This document shows, in pieces, positions 46,701 through 60,600 of a stretch of DNA of 64,000 nt; the stretch's first letter is position 1, and each line of letters starts with the position of its first letter. Made by a program: the position numbers and the translations under genes. Origin of the DNA: Macrostomum hystrix. Its lineage: Eukaryota > Animalia > Platyhelminthes. Location of the stretch: positions 10,788,001 to 10,852,000 of the forward strand of contig CATNEN010000038.1 of NCBI GenBank assembly GCA_950097015.1. The letters are read 5' to 3'. A model generated the notes under the pieces. It did no database searches, had not been told where the DNA came from, and was given only the letters and a program-made list of their open reading frames with translations.

Positions 46701-49700
46701 TTTAACCAACGCCAAATTTGCACGGCCCTAGAAACTGGACACAGTAGAAAAGCAAGGTTAGCCGTCACTGGCAGCAGTTAGCATAAAAGCCAGCTATTTA
46801 TGAGCAAACAGGCCTTGCTAAACTAATCAACAGCTGCTAGTGAGGCTCGATAGATTTGTATCTAAACTGCTGCTATGGCCGAACTGCAGCAATGCTACCG
46901 TAGGTTTGTAGGTTAAGCGCCAAAAGCATATCATGCCTAGCTAAAGCTGACTAAATTTTGCCTAAAACTGACAAGTATCATCCGACCCAGAATCCGCTCC
47001 GCTAGATCCTTCCTCCCTTGGAGAACGAGAGCGGATGAGATCAGATGCGATGAGAGAGGAGATTAGAGATAGATAAGAGGGGAGTTAGAGATGCGCTGAG
47101 AGAGATTAGAGATACGAAAGGAGATATTAGAGATACGATAATAGAGATTAGAGATGCGCTGAGAGAGATAAGAGATACAATGGGAGATATTAGAGATACG
47201 AAAAGAGAGATTAGAGATGCGCTGAAAGAGATTAGAGATACGAGGGAGAGATTAGAGATACGATAAGAGAGATTAGAGATGCGCTGAGAGAGATTAGAGA
47301 TACGATGGGAGATATTAGAGATACGAAAAGAGAGATTAGAGATGCGCTGAGAGAAATTAGAGATACGATGGGAGATATTAGAGATACGAAAAGAGAGATT
47401 AGAGATGCGCTGAGAGAGATTAGAGATACGAGGGAGAGATTAGAGATACGATAAGAGAGATTAGAGATACGAGGGAGAGATTAGAGATACGATAAGAGAG
47501 ATTAGAGATACGATGGGAGAGATTAGAGATACGATGGGAGAGATTAGAGATACGATGGGAGAGATTAGAGATACGAGGGGAGAGATTAAAGATACGATGG
47601 GAGAGATTAGAGATACGATGGGAGAGACTAGAGATACGATGAGAGAGATTAGAGATACGATGGGAGAGATTAGAGATACGATGGGAGAGGAGATTTTAAA
47701 AGAAGCAAAATTACTCACAGGCCACAGCGAACAGGTGATATTCGCAGGTAGCCACGCCGAATTCGTTTCTAGCCTCGATGAGCACGCGGCCAGTATGCTC
47801 GAGCTGAGTCGGGCTGAAGTTAATCGTCACGTCGATCCTTCGAGTCGACGGGCTATTGATCCGGGAAAATGCGCGAACCGAGGGCTGTTCGAATTCTTCG
47901 AATTTCGACCGGCTGCCGTCCAGGCTGATGCGGATCTTTGGCACGGGGGCCGCGGTGAAACCGCACGAGAATTGGCCGCTGTTGCTGACGCTGCCGCCGT
48001 CTGTGCCAGGCAGGCTGACTGGAATGTAGCGCTCCTGGGGCCGCTGGTCCACCAGGTGAGGCGGCATCTCTGTGCGGTAGATGGTCGGGAGGGGAGCATT
48101 TTGAGGTGCTGTTGTTTTGAGAGAAAGCGTGACTAGGAGAGTGACTATGAGAGTTACTAAAAGAGTGACTATGAGAGTGAGAGTGCCTAAAAGAGTGACT
48201 AGGAGAGTGCCTAAAAGAGTGACTATGAGAGTGACTAGGAGAGTGACTAGGAGAGTAAATGAGAGTGACTAGGAGAGTGACTAGGAGGGTGCCTAAAAGA
48301 GTGACTAGGAGAGTGACTGAGAGTGACTAGCAGAGTGACTAGGAGAGTGCCTAAAAGAGTGACTAGGAGAGTGCCTAAAAGAGTGACTAGGAGAGTGCCT
48401 AAAAGAGTGACTATGAGAGTGACTAGGAGAGTGACTAGGAGAGTGACTATGAGAGTAACTAGGAGAGTGACTAGGAGAGTGCCTAAAAGAGTGACTAGGA
48501 GAGTGACTATGAGAGTGACTAGGAGAGTGCCTAAAAGAGTGACTAGGAGAGCGACGATGAGAGAGACTATGAGAGTGACTAGGAGAGTGACTAGGAGAGA
48601 GTGACTATGGGGGTGACTAGGAGAGTGTCTAAGAGAGTGACTAAAAGAGTGACTAGGAGAGTGACTATGAGAGTGAGAGTGCCTAAAACTCTCTATGAGA
48701 CTAGGAGAGTGCCTAAAAGAGTGACTATGAGAGTGACTATGAGAGTGACTATGAGAGTGACCAGTAGAATGAAACAAGCAACAAATTAATTAAAAAATCT
48801 GAAAAATCCTCACTGTTGATGATGACCTCGATGGAGCTCTGCGCCGAGTCATGCGGCACCTCGCCGGCGACTGGACGGACGAAACGTTCGGCGAAGCACT
48901 GATACGGCCCCTGGTCCAGCAGTGTGGCATTCGAGATAGTCAGCACGCTGTGACCACGCTCGAGGGCTTCGTGCGCCGGGGTGACGCGAATTCGTACACC
49001 GTCGGGCACAACAGGCTGGCCATTGTGAAGCCAAGAGATCCTGTCTAAGGGCCAACCCTGCACATCGCAGATTAGGCTGGCGTTGCCGCCGAAGTCAACA
49101 ATTCTAGGACTGGACGGTGTCCTCACCGAGATTCGAGCTGCGGATGCGTGGGGAGAAGCTCTGACAGTCTGACTCCATCATCTGACAGCCTGACTCCATC
49201 ATCTGACAGGCTGACTCCATCATCTGACAGGCTGACTCCATCATCTGACAGGCTGACTCCATCATCTGACAGGCAGACTCCATCATCTGACAGCCTGACT
49301 CCATGGTCTGACAGTCTGACTCCATGGTCTGACAGTCTGACTCCATCATCTGACAGGCTGACTCCATGGTCTGACAGTCTGACTCCATCATCTGACAGGC
49401 AGACTCCATCATCTGACAGCCTGACTCCATGGTCTGACAGTCTGACTCCATGGTCTGACAGTCTGACTCCATCATCTGACAGGCTGACTCCATGGTCTGA
49501 CAGTCTGACTCCATCATCTGACAGCCTGACTCCATGGTCTGACAGTCTGACTCCATCATCTGACAGCCTGACTCCATGGTCTGACAGTCTGACTCCATCA
49601 TCTGACAGTCAGACTCCATCATCTGACAGTCTGACTCCATGGTCTGACAGTCAGACTCCATCATCTGACAGTCTGACTCCATGGTCTGACAGTCAGACTC

Positions 49701-52700
49701 CATCATCTGACAGTCTGACTCCATGGTCTGACAGTCAGACTCCATCATCTGACAGTCTGACTCCATGGTCTGACAGTCAGACTCCATCATCTGACAGCCT
49801 GACTCCATGGTCTGACAGTCTGACTCCATCATCTGACAGCCTGACTCCATGGTCTGACAGTCTGACTCCATCATCTGACAGTCAGACTCCATCATCTGCC
49901 AGTCTGACTCCATGGTCTGACAGTCAGACTCCATCATCTGACAGTCTGACTCCATGGTCTGACAGTCAGACTCCATCATCTGACAGTCTGACTCCATGGT
50001 CTGACAGTCAGACTCCATCATCTGACAGTCTGACTCCATGGTCTGACAGTCAGACTCCATCATCTGACAGTCTGACTCCATGGTCTGACAGTCAGACTCC
50101 ATCATCTGACAGTCTGACTCCATGGTCTGATAGTCAGACTCCATCATCTGACAGTCAGACTCCATCATCTGACAGTCTGACTCCATGGTCTGACAGTCAG
50201 ACTCCATCATCTGACAGCCTGACTCCATGGTCTGACAGTCAGACTCCATCATCTGACAGTCTGACTCCATGGTCTGACAGTCAGACTCCATCATCTGACA
50301 GTCTGACTCCATGGTCTGACAGTCAGACTCCATCATCTGACAGTCTGACTCCATGGTCTGATAGTCAGACTCCATCATCTGACGACTCGAGCTAGATAGT
50401 TGGCTGCTATTCTGTCTATAAATTCATAAACTTGGCCCAACATAAACTGCCAAATTCTGTCGGCCGCGGCTCTCCTGATGTCCCTTGAGAACTTTTGATC
50501 GATTTCGCAATCAACAATAAATAATTCTGTTCTCGTTCGTTCTCTGATTACGTAATCGGATCCACGTTAAACATTCCGAACCCCTGGACTAAGCATACTA
50601 TTATCGATAGAAGCAGCGACATTCATCAGGCGAAAACACTCAAAGAATTCCGCCAGCAAGAACTCCTTCTCTCTCCCTTCTTTCATTCTCCCTCGGCCTA
50701 AAACTGCTCCAACCTCATCCTCGTCTTCACTTCGTTGATTCCGTATCGATTGTTTCTACACTTAAAATGTGTTTTTTCTTTTTTCCGTCCGAACAAGGAG
50801 AAAATAGAATGAAAATAGACTCTTGTAGTCTAGGGACGGTGTGTTTACTTGAGTTGGAAAATTTTAAGTCAGATGAATCGAACTCAATATCTAACTGCCT
50901 AGTTTTTAACCTACCAGTCCACTTTCTAATCTACCAGTCTACTTTCTAATCTACCAGTCTACTTTCTAATCTACCAGTCTACTTTCCAATCTACCAGTCT
51001 ACTTTCTAATCTACCAGTCTACTTTCGTATCTGTCAGTCTACTTTCTAATCTACCAGTCTACTTTCTAATCTATTAGTCTACTTTCGCATCTATCAGTCT
51101 ACTTTCGAATCTACCAGTCTACTTTCGAATCTACCAGTCTACTCTCTAATCTACTGGTCTACTCACTAATCTAAGAGTCTACTCACTAATCTAAGAGTCT
51201 ACTCACTAATCTAAGAGTCTACTCACTAATCTAAGAGTCTACTCACTAATCTAAGAGTCTACTCACTAATCTAAGAGTCTACTCACTAATCTAAGAGTCT
51301 ACTCACTAATCTAAGAGTCTACTCAATAATCTAAGAGTCTACTCAATAATCTACGAGTCTACTCTGCCATGCCCTGGCACTCACAGTACAGGTCCAGGGT
51401 GACATTCTCCAGCAGCTGGCTCCTGTACAGGCAGGTGTACACGCCGGCGTCCGACTGTCTGGGATCCCGGATGCGCAAGCTGCCAGCTCCTGGAGTGACA
51501 AAGGCGTACGTGTCCTCGCTGTAGGACACCTCGCCGACCCTCAACAGCTGGCCATTTCGCCGCCATTCGTAGCCGCTCTGGGCGGACTCCGAGCTGGCCG
51601 AAGCTCCGCCAGCGTACTGCTCGTAGCACGGCAAAAGTACAACTAGGCCGCTGCGAATCTCGTGAACAGCGTAGGCGACTCTAGCCGGCTGCTCGCTTAC
51701 CATGATTGAAGAGGTCACTGGCAGCACCTGAATGGGTATTGCTACAGACCGGTGCCTGTACACAGTCCTGCCGGCTTCAGTCAGGCTAATCTCTGCCTGA
51801 TAGCGATACTCCTGATCTTTTTTAGCCACATTTAGGATGTGCAGAAAGTTGTAACCGTTCTCAAAGATGGCGTACTTTGTCCGGTAGTAGGCTGTAAGGG
51901 GATTAGCGATATTGTTTAGGCATTTCCATGGAAATCTTATCTACCAATCTACACACCGAACTACCAATCTACACACCGAACTACCAATCTACTCTCCCAT
52001 CTACGAATCTACTCTTCTATCTACCAATCTACTCTTCTATCTACAAATCTACTCTCCGAACTACCAATCTACACACCGAACTACCAATCTACTCTCCCAT
52101 CTACCAATCTACTCTTCTATCTACCAATCTACTCTTCTATCTACCAATCTACTCTTCTATCTACCAATCTACACTCCTATCTAACAATCTACTCCAACCT
52201 ACCAATCTACACTCCTATCTACCAATCTACACTCCTATCTACAAATCTACACTCCTATCTACAAATCTACTCTCATCTACCAATCTACTCTTCTATCTAC
52301 CAATCTACACTCCCATCTACCAATATACACTCCTATCTATCAATCTACTCTACCATCTACAAATCTACTCTCATCTACCAATCTACACTCCTATCTACCA
52401 ATCTACACTCCTATCTACCAATATACACTCCTATCTATCAATCTACTCTACCATCTACAAATCTACTCTCATCTACCAATCTACACTCCTATCTACCAAT
52501 CTACACTCCTATCTACCAATCTACACTCCCATCTACCAATATACACTCCTATCTATCAATCTACTCTCATCTACCAATCTACACTCCTATCTACCAATCT
52601 ACACTCCTATCTACCAATATACACTCCTATCTATCAATCTACTCTACCATCTACAAATCTACTCTCATCTTCTAATCTAGTTTCCCAATAGCTTATCTAC

Positions 52701-54263
52701 TTTCCAAATAACAAACTAATTTTCTATCAATTAATCTTCCATTCTACTTTCACGAGTAATCAATCTTTTAATGTCTAAAAATCTTCCCTTTTTATCTACC
52801 AATCTATTTTAACATCGACAAAATCTACGAAGATAAGTTCTAAATGCTTCAGGCAATTCTAAAGACTAAATGACAAACAGAATAACTTACATCATGGTTT
52901 TACCTTTTATTTTTTCAGAAAATCCCTATCAATCATTGCCTCACGCATCATCCAACAAAATCCTCGATAATCCTTCCACCGCTTCCACCTTTCAGCCCCT
53001 TTTTATTTTTCCCGTGTCTGCTAACGTTATTACGTAACAAGACGAATTGGGACACTCGCTGAGAGCTGAGCTCGCTTTGAGTAGAATTAGGATCAGTGAG
53101 TGGCACTCCATTTGATTGGCACAATGGATTCAATAGATTATCTTGAATATTGAGGATTTGTTTGCAGGGCTTTGCACCAAGCAGGATTCCCTATGGATCA
53201 GTTGAAGCAAATGAATACACATGCTTGGTCAATTCAGTAGGTCATTAAAATGCTTGGGAAAATAGGAATCACACTTAATTCAGTTCAATTTTTGACACCT
53301 AAATTCAATTTTAGTTGACTGACTCACAGTAGTTTAGTTGAGTTGCTGCAGCTGTGCTGTCAACTTTGTAATAAGTAACATTGTAATAGTTGGTGTACCG
53401 CGTATCCGTCTTGGTCTCGCAGATGGCGATGCCGCCGAGTGGAGCGGACAGGCAGACAATATGCGCCTGGCTAATGCGCAGCCTGGAGACTGAAATGAAG
53501 AAAAACTGCGACTTGTTAGTTCCGATATGATCATTTTGTGATCTAACCCAGTCTAACCACCACCTCACTCATAAATGTACATTAGCTCTAGACTAACCGC
53601 CACCTCATTCCCGAATGTACGCTAGCCCTAGACTAACCGCCACCTCACTCCTTAACGTACGCTAGCCCTAGTCAAACAGCCACCTCACTCCATAATGTAC
53701 GCTAACCTTAATTTAAGTTAGCCGAAGTGATAGCCACCTCACTCCCCGAATTCTTTTTAGTCTATTTTAGTCTATTTTAGGCTTTTCTATTTATATTAAT
53801 GCTTCTATTTTGAGTTTAGATGGAACTAGGGAGTAGAGATAATACGCTCGTAATAAATAAAAGCGAACCTCCCACGACAGTGTCACAGCACCGCCATTGT
53901 GTCTGCAACTCTCTATACGTCGACGCAAACGCAAACAGACCGACAGAGAGCGATAAAGTTTAATGGAGTCAGGTGAATACGACGTCAGATGGGCTGGGTT
54001 CATCGGTGACACACGGAGGGAAGCCTAATATAAACTTCTGTTACATATTGGCTGGAGAAGCTGAACGCTAGCACGAGCGATAGGAAAACGTGTTTGGGAA
54101 AAGGTCATGAAGGGACAACGGGGGAGAAATACTACACTTGAGAGGAATTGGGGATATCGAATAAACTCACTCAGTATGAAGTAGAGATAGTCAGAAACAG
54201 CAATGCCCGGTTGAATAGATATTTAGATTCGATCATATGGGCTTAGAAAAATAGAAGATAAAC

Positions 54264-54347
<84 letters not shown>

Positions 54348-54353
54348 GTATAC

Positions 54354-54411
<58 letters not shown>

Positions 54412-54413
54412 TT

Positions 54414-54451
<38 letters not shown>

Positions 54452-54452
54452 G

Positions 54453-54491
<39 letters not shown>

Positions 54492-54525
54492 TTATAGATA
54501 GATAGATAGATAGATAGATGTATAC

Positions 54526-54579
<54 letters not shown>

Positions 54580-54609
54580 TTATAGATAGATAGATAGATA
54601 GATGTATAC

Positions 54610-54665
<56 letters not shown>

Positions 54666-57600
54666 TTATAGATAGATAGATAGATAGATAGATAGTTATA
54701 GATAGATAGATAGATAGAAGATGGATAAGGGATAGATAGGTGCTTAGTCCGTTCACTTTAAGTGTGTCTTCTCCCCAATCCGCTTTCATATAGTACCCAG
54801 TTGTTGTGTTGTCCCCATAGGGATAAAAATTTTCGTCTAAAGTCCAAGCTTTACTAGTTTACTAAAAGTGAAAACGTCCCTAAGGTTCGAGGGCGATAAA
54901 ATATCGCCTGGGCCATTGTAGGTCGAGGCGGACAGAAAGTAGGCAGAGGCCGAGGACGAGCATCGATCAGCCGCTGAGCCAGCCTCTCGGGCGCGTCAGA
55001 ATTTTGCACTATCCATCTCGATCTATCCTAGCTCTGCCCCTCTAGTATCCCCCAACGCGGCAAAATGTGTGCCAGATATTGGCTGTGAACTAAACACAGT
55101 TCTGATAATGTGCGCTGTGTACATTCTGCCCATTTCGCTGACTCCTGAGCACACACGCACACAGATACTGTACTCAGGCACACACTCACACAGGTGTGTA
55201 CATCTGCCCTGACTTTCTCATCGTCAGGCAGTGCACACTCTCACTGTGCCTCATCACAGTTGACCCTTGAGTGCGTAGATTTTGAAATTAAGGGGCTTTA
55301 AGTTTTGGTCGAACATTTATAAGTGAATATTTGCGTGCTTATCTAATACAAATGCGTTCCAGATATGGGGAATTGAAATGAAAATACGATCCCAGAGAAC
55401 TGTAGAGGACGATACAACAATAACACGCGCTTGTTATTCTATTCTCCAACCCAGCATTAAATTTTAATCCCTTGGACATTGTAAAAATATCCCCCCTCTT
55501 TCTCTCAAATCCTATGCGACGCGAGAAGCTACTCAGCTTGGAGCTTAGATTACGCAACACATCCTGCAATTGTGAGGCCGGGCACTGAGCAATGGGGAGT
55601 TGATTATGGTTCAGACTTGAATTTAGATTGGCCCCGCAGTAGTAAAGGCACAATGACCGGGCCATATGCAAGTCGCACGATTCTTTTTTTCCGGCGTTGC
55701 ACAGACCGTACAATGGGTAGAAAGATTGAGTATGGGAAAATATTCAATGAGTCAGAGGAAATAGAAAACGAGTAATTTCCATAAACCAGTATTTTTTCAA
55801 GATCCCAAACTAGATTCCTTAAAATACTAAACCATAGAGTCATTCAGATTTCCTTCTTCAATCTTGAGGTACCCAGTATCCCAAACTAGATTCCTCAAGA
55901 TCCCAAACTAGATTCCTCAAGATCCCAAACTAGATTCCTCAAGATCCCAAACTAGATTCCTCAAGATCCCAAACTAGATTCCTCAAGATCCCAAACTAGA
56001 TTCCTCAAGATCCCAAACTAGATTCCTCAAGATCCCAAACTAGATTCCTCAAGATCCCAAACTAGATTCCTCTAGATCCGAAACTAGATTCCTCAAGATC
56101 CCAAACTAGATTCCTCAAGATCCCAAACTAGATTCCTCAAGATCCCAAACTAGATTCTACAAGATCCCAAACTAGATTCCACAAGATCCCAAACTAGATT
56201 CCTCAAGATCCCAAACTAGATTCCTCAAGATCCCAAACTAGATTCCTCAAGATCCCAAACTAGATTCCTCAAGATCCCAAACTAGATTCCTCAAGATCCC
56301 AAACTAGATTCCTCTAGATCCGAAACTAGATTCCTCAAGATCCCAAACTAGATTCCTCAAGATCCCAAACTAGATTCCTCAAGATCCCAAACTAGATTCT
56401 ACAAGATCCCAAACTAGATTCCACAAGATCCCAAACTAGATTCCTCAAGATCCCAAACTAGATTCCTCAAGATCCCAAACTAGATTCCTCAAGATCCCAA
56501 ACTAGATTCCTCAAGATCCCAAACTAGATTCCTCAAGATCCCAAACTAGATTCCTCTAGATCCGAAACTAGATTCCTCAAGATCCCAAACTAGATTCCTC
56601 AAGATCCCAAACTAGATTCCTCAAGATCCCAAACTAGATTCTACAAGATCCCAAACTAGATTCCACAAGATCCCAAACTAGATTCCTCAAGATCCCAAAC
56701 TAGATTCCTCAAGATCCCAAACTAGATTCCTCAAGATCCCAAACTAGATTCCTCAAGATCCCAAACTAGATTCCTCAAGATCCCAAACTAGATTCCTCTA
56801 GATCCGAAACTAGATTACTCAAGATCCCAAACTAGATTCCTCAAGATCCCAAACTAGATTCCTCAAGATCCCAAACTAGATTCTACAAGATCCCAAACTA
56901 GATTCCACAAGATCCCAAACTAGATTCCTCAAGATCCCAAACTAGATTCCTCAAGATCCCAAACTAGATTCCTCAAGATCCCAAACTAGATTCCTCAAGA
57001 TCCCAAACTAGATTCCTCAAGATCCCAAACTAGATTCCTCAAGATCCCAAACTAGATTCCTCAAGATCCCAAACTAGATTCCTCTAGATCCGAAACTAGA
57101 TTCCTCAAGATCCCAAACTAGATTCCTCAAGATCCCAAACTAGATTCCTCAAGATCCCAAACTAGATTCCTACAAGATCCCAAACTAGATTCCACAAGAT
57201 CCCAAACTAGATTCCTCAAGATCCCAAACTAGATTCCTCAAGATCCCAAACTAGATTCCTCAAGATCCCAAACTAGATTCCTCAAGATCCCAAACTAGAT
57301 TCCTCAAGATCCCAAACTAGATTCCTCAAGATCCCAAACTAGATTCCTCAAGATCCCAAACTAGATTCCTCTAGATCCGAAACTAGATTCCTCAAGATCC
57401 CAAACTAGATTCCTCAAGATCCCAAACTAGATTCCTCAAGATCCCAAACTAGATTCCTACAAGATCCCAAACTAGATTCCACAAGATCCCAAACTAGATT
57501 CCTCAAGATCCCAAACTAGATTCCTCAAGATCCCAAACTAGATTCCTCAAGATCCCAAACTAGATTCCTCAAGATCCCAAACTAGATTCCTCAAGATCCC

Positions 57601-60600
57601 AAACTAGATTCCTCTAGATCCGAAACTAGATTCCTCAAGATCCCAAACTAGATTCCTCAAGATCCCAAACTAGATTCCTCAAGATCCCAAACTAGATTCC
57701 TACAAGATCCCAAACTAGATTCCACAAGATCCCAAACTAGATTCCTCAAGATCCCAAACTAGATTCCTCAAGATCCCAAACTAGATTCCTCAAGATCCCA
57801 AACTAGATTCCTCAAGATCCCAAACTAGATTCCTCAAGATCCCAAACTAGATTCCTCTAGATCCGAAACTAGATTCCTCAAGATCCCAAACTAGATTCCT
57901 CAAGATCCCAAACTAGATTCCTCAAGATCCCAAACTAGATTCCTCAAGATCCCAAACTAGATTCCACAAGATCCCAAACTAGATTCCACAAGATCCCAAA
58001 CTAGATTCCTCAAGATCCCAAACTAGATTCCTCAAGATCCCAAACTAGATTCCTCAAGATCCCAAACTAGATTCCTCAAGATCCCAAACTAGATTCCTCA
58101 AGATCCCAAACTAGATTCCTCAAGATCCCAAACTAGATTCCTCTAGATCCGAAACTAGATTCCTCAAGATCCCAAACTAGATTCCTCAAGATCCCAAACT
58201 AGATTCCTCAAGATCCCAAACTAGATTCCAGATCAACTAGATTCCACAAGATCCCAAACTAGATCCTCAAGATCCCAAACTAGATTCCTCAAGATCCCAA
58301 ACTAGATTCCTCAAGATCCCAAACTAGATTCCTCAAGATCCCAAACTAGATTCCTCAAGATCCCAAACTAGATTCCTCTAGATCCGAAACTAGATTCCTC
58401 AAGATCCCAAACTAGATTCCTCAAGATCCCAAACTAGATTCCTCAAGATCCCAAACTAGATTCTACAAGATCCCAAACTAGATTCCACAAGATCCCAAAC
58501 TAGATTCCTCAAGATCCCAAACTAGATTCCTCAAGATCCCAAACTAGATTCCTCAAGATCCCAAACTAGATTCCTCAAGATCCCAAACTAGATTCCTCAA
58601 GATCCCAAACTAGATTCCTCTAGATCCGAAACTAGATTCCTCAAGATCCCAAACTAGATTCCTCAAGATCCCAAACTAGATTCCTCAAGATCCCAAACTA
58701 GATTCTACAAGATCCCAAACTAGATTCCACAAGATCCCAAACTAGATTCCTCAAGATCCCAAACTAGATTCCTCTAGATCCGAAACTAGATTCCTCAAGA
58801 TCCCAAACTAGATTCCTCAAGATCCCAAACTAGATTCCTCTAGATCCCAAACTAGATTCCTCAAGATCCCAAACTAGATTCCTCAAGATCCCAAACTAGA
58901 TTCTACAAGATCCCAAACTAGATTCCACAAGATCCCAAACTAGATTCCTCAAGATCCCAAACTAGATTCCTCAAGATCCCAAACTAGATTCCTCAAGATC
59001 CGAAACTAGATTCCTCAAGATCCCAAACTAGAATCCTCAAGATCCCAAACTAGATTCCTCAAGATCCCAAACTAGATTCTACAAGATCCCAAACTAGATT
59101 CCACAAGATCCCAAACTAGATTCCTCAAGATCCCAAACTAGATTCCTCTAGATCCGAAACTAGATTCCTCAAGATCCCAAACTAGATTCCTCAAGATCCC
59201 AAACTAGATTCCTCTAGATCCCAAACTAGATTCCTCAAGATCCCAAACTAGATTCCTCAAGATCCCAAACTAGATTCTACAAGATCCCAAACTAGATTCC
59301 ACAAGATCCCAAACTAGATTCCTCAAGATCCCAAACTAGATTCCTCAAGATCCCAAACTAGATTCCTCTAGATCCGAAACTAGATTCCTCAAGATCCCAA
59401 ACTAGAATCCTCAAGATCCCAAACTAGATTCCTCAAGATCCTAAAACTTGAATACTTGAGATCCCAATTTTATTCGAGCCTGTCCTTAAGTTATCTCATA
59501 AAGCAGGCCATCTAAGCAAGAGAAGAAAAAACATAAAAATCCTATGCAGTTTTTGTTCTCAGCCTAAATCTTTCAGAAGACGAAAAGTGACAAGAAGAAA
59601 AGCAGCGACAAATTAGAAAAGTGTCTCTATCAATTTGTCAAATTAGATTTCTTTAGAAGCAGTTATATAAATTGAGTTTCCTTGTTTGATGGTCGCAGCT
59701 CAGACTAATGGCAACTAAGTATAACATAATTTATTTGCGAGAAGCAGATCTTTGTCTTAAAAATGAACAAACATGACTTGAATGACGAGTTCATATCGTG
59801 AACAGTAAACATTAATTATTTTAAGAAGCCACTTCAGTTAAAAATTCCATCATCCTATCGTCACAAATTCTTAGGCGATAAGATGGATTATTTGTGGATT
59901 TTTCAGAAAAGAAATCCCAAACAAGCACACCCACGAAGCTACTGTAAAGACACTGGGTTTCTGCTGAAGGCTGGTTTAAGCCACACCAGAAAATGAGTCA
60001 TTGCCTTACCAACCAAATAGAACTGACAGACACGCTCGCTGCCTTTAACAGAAGAAGACAAGGCGGGACAGACTGGGAGAGGGAGAGGGGAGAAAATGGG
60101 GATAAATGGAAATGTCAGCAACAGTCATAAAAAGAACGAAGGTATTAGCTTTAGAAATGGCGCATGGGATGACCTGCGGATTCCGAAGTAAACCCGGGTG
60201 ATTGCGTAATCGAAGCAAAAGAAGATCTGCCGGCCCGGCTCCTCCACTTTGCCATTGCCGATTTGGCCTCAATCAATGTTTTTCATATTTTTAGTCACAA
60301 AAAGAAAATTCTTGTCCATGTGCAGCTTTTCTAATGATTTGTTTTTTGACCACTTCATCTCACGGCTCTCAGATTCCTTCATCTCACGACTCTCAGGTCC
60401 CTTCATCTCACGACTCTCAGGTCCCTTCATCTCACGACTCTCAGGTCCCTTCATCTCACGACTCTCAGGTCCCTTCATCTCACGACTCTCAGGTCCCTTC
60501 ATCTCACGACTCTCAGGTCCCTTCATCTCACGACTCTCAGGTCCCTTCATCTCACGACTCTCAGGTCCCTTCATCTCATGACTCTCAGATCCCTTCATCT

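Noticed and set aside
49104-50395. 424- and 415-aa ORFs (MESDCQ / SDSLTP repeats)
   Set aside because: A 21-bp array inside a Dscam intron whose flanking exons join in phase without it.
54171-54242. Candidate extra or first Dscam exon on the - strand with a GTGAGT donor
   Set aside because: The ATG frame (MIESKY...) stops before the donor, and the phase-compatible frame has an internal TAA. Exon 63908-64000 supplies the end of Ig1 in the correct phase.
60045-60272. 75-aa minus-strand ORF in the large Dscam intron
   Set aside because: No recognisable domain or convincing splice sites.
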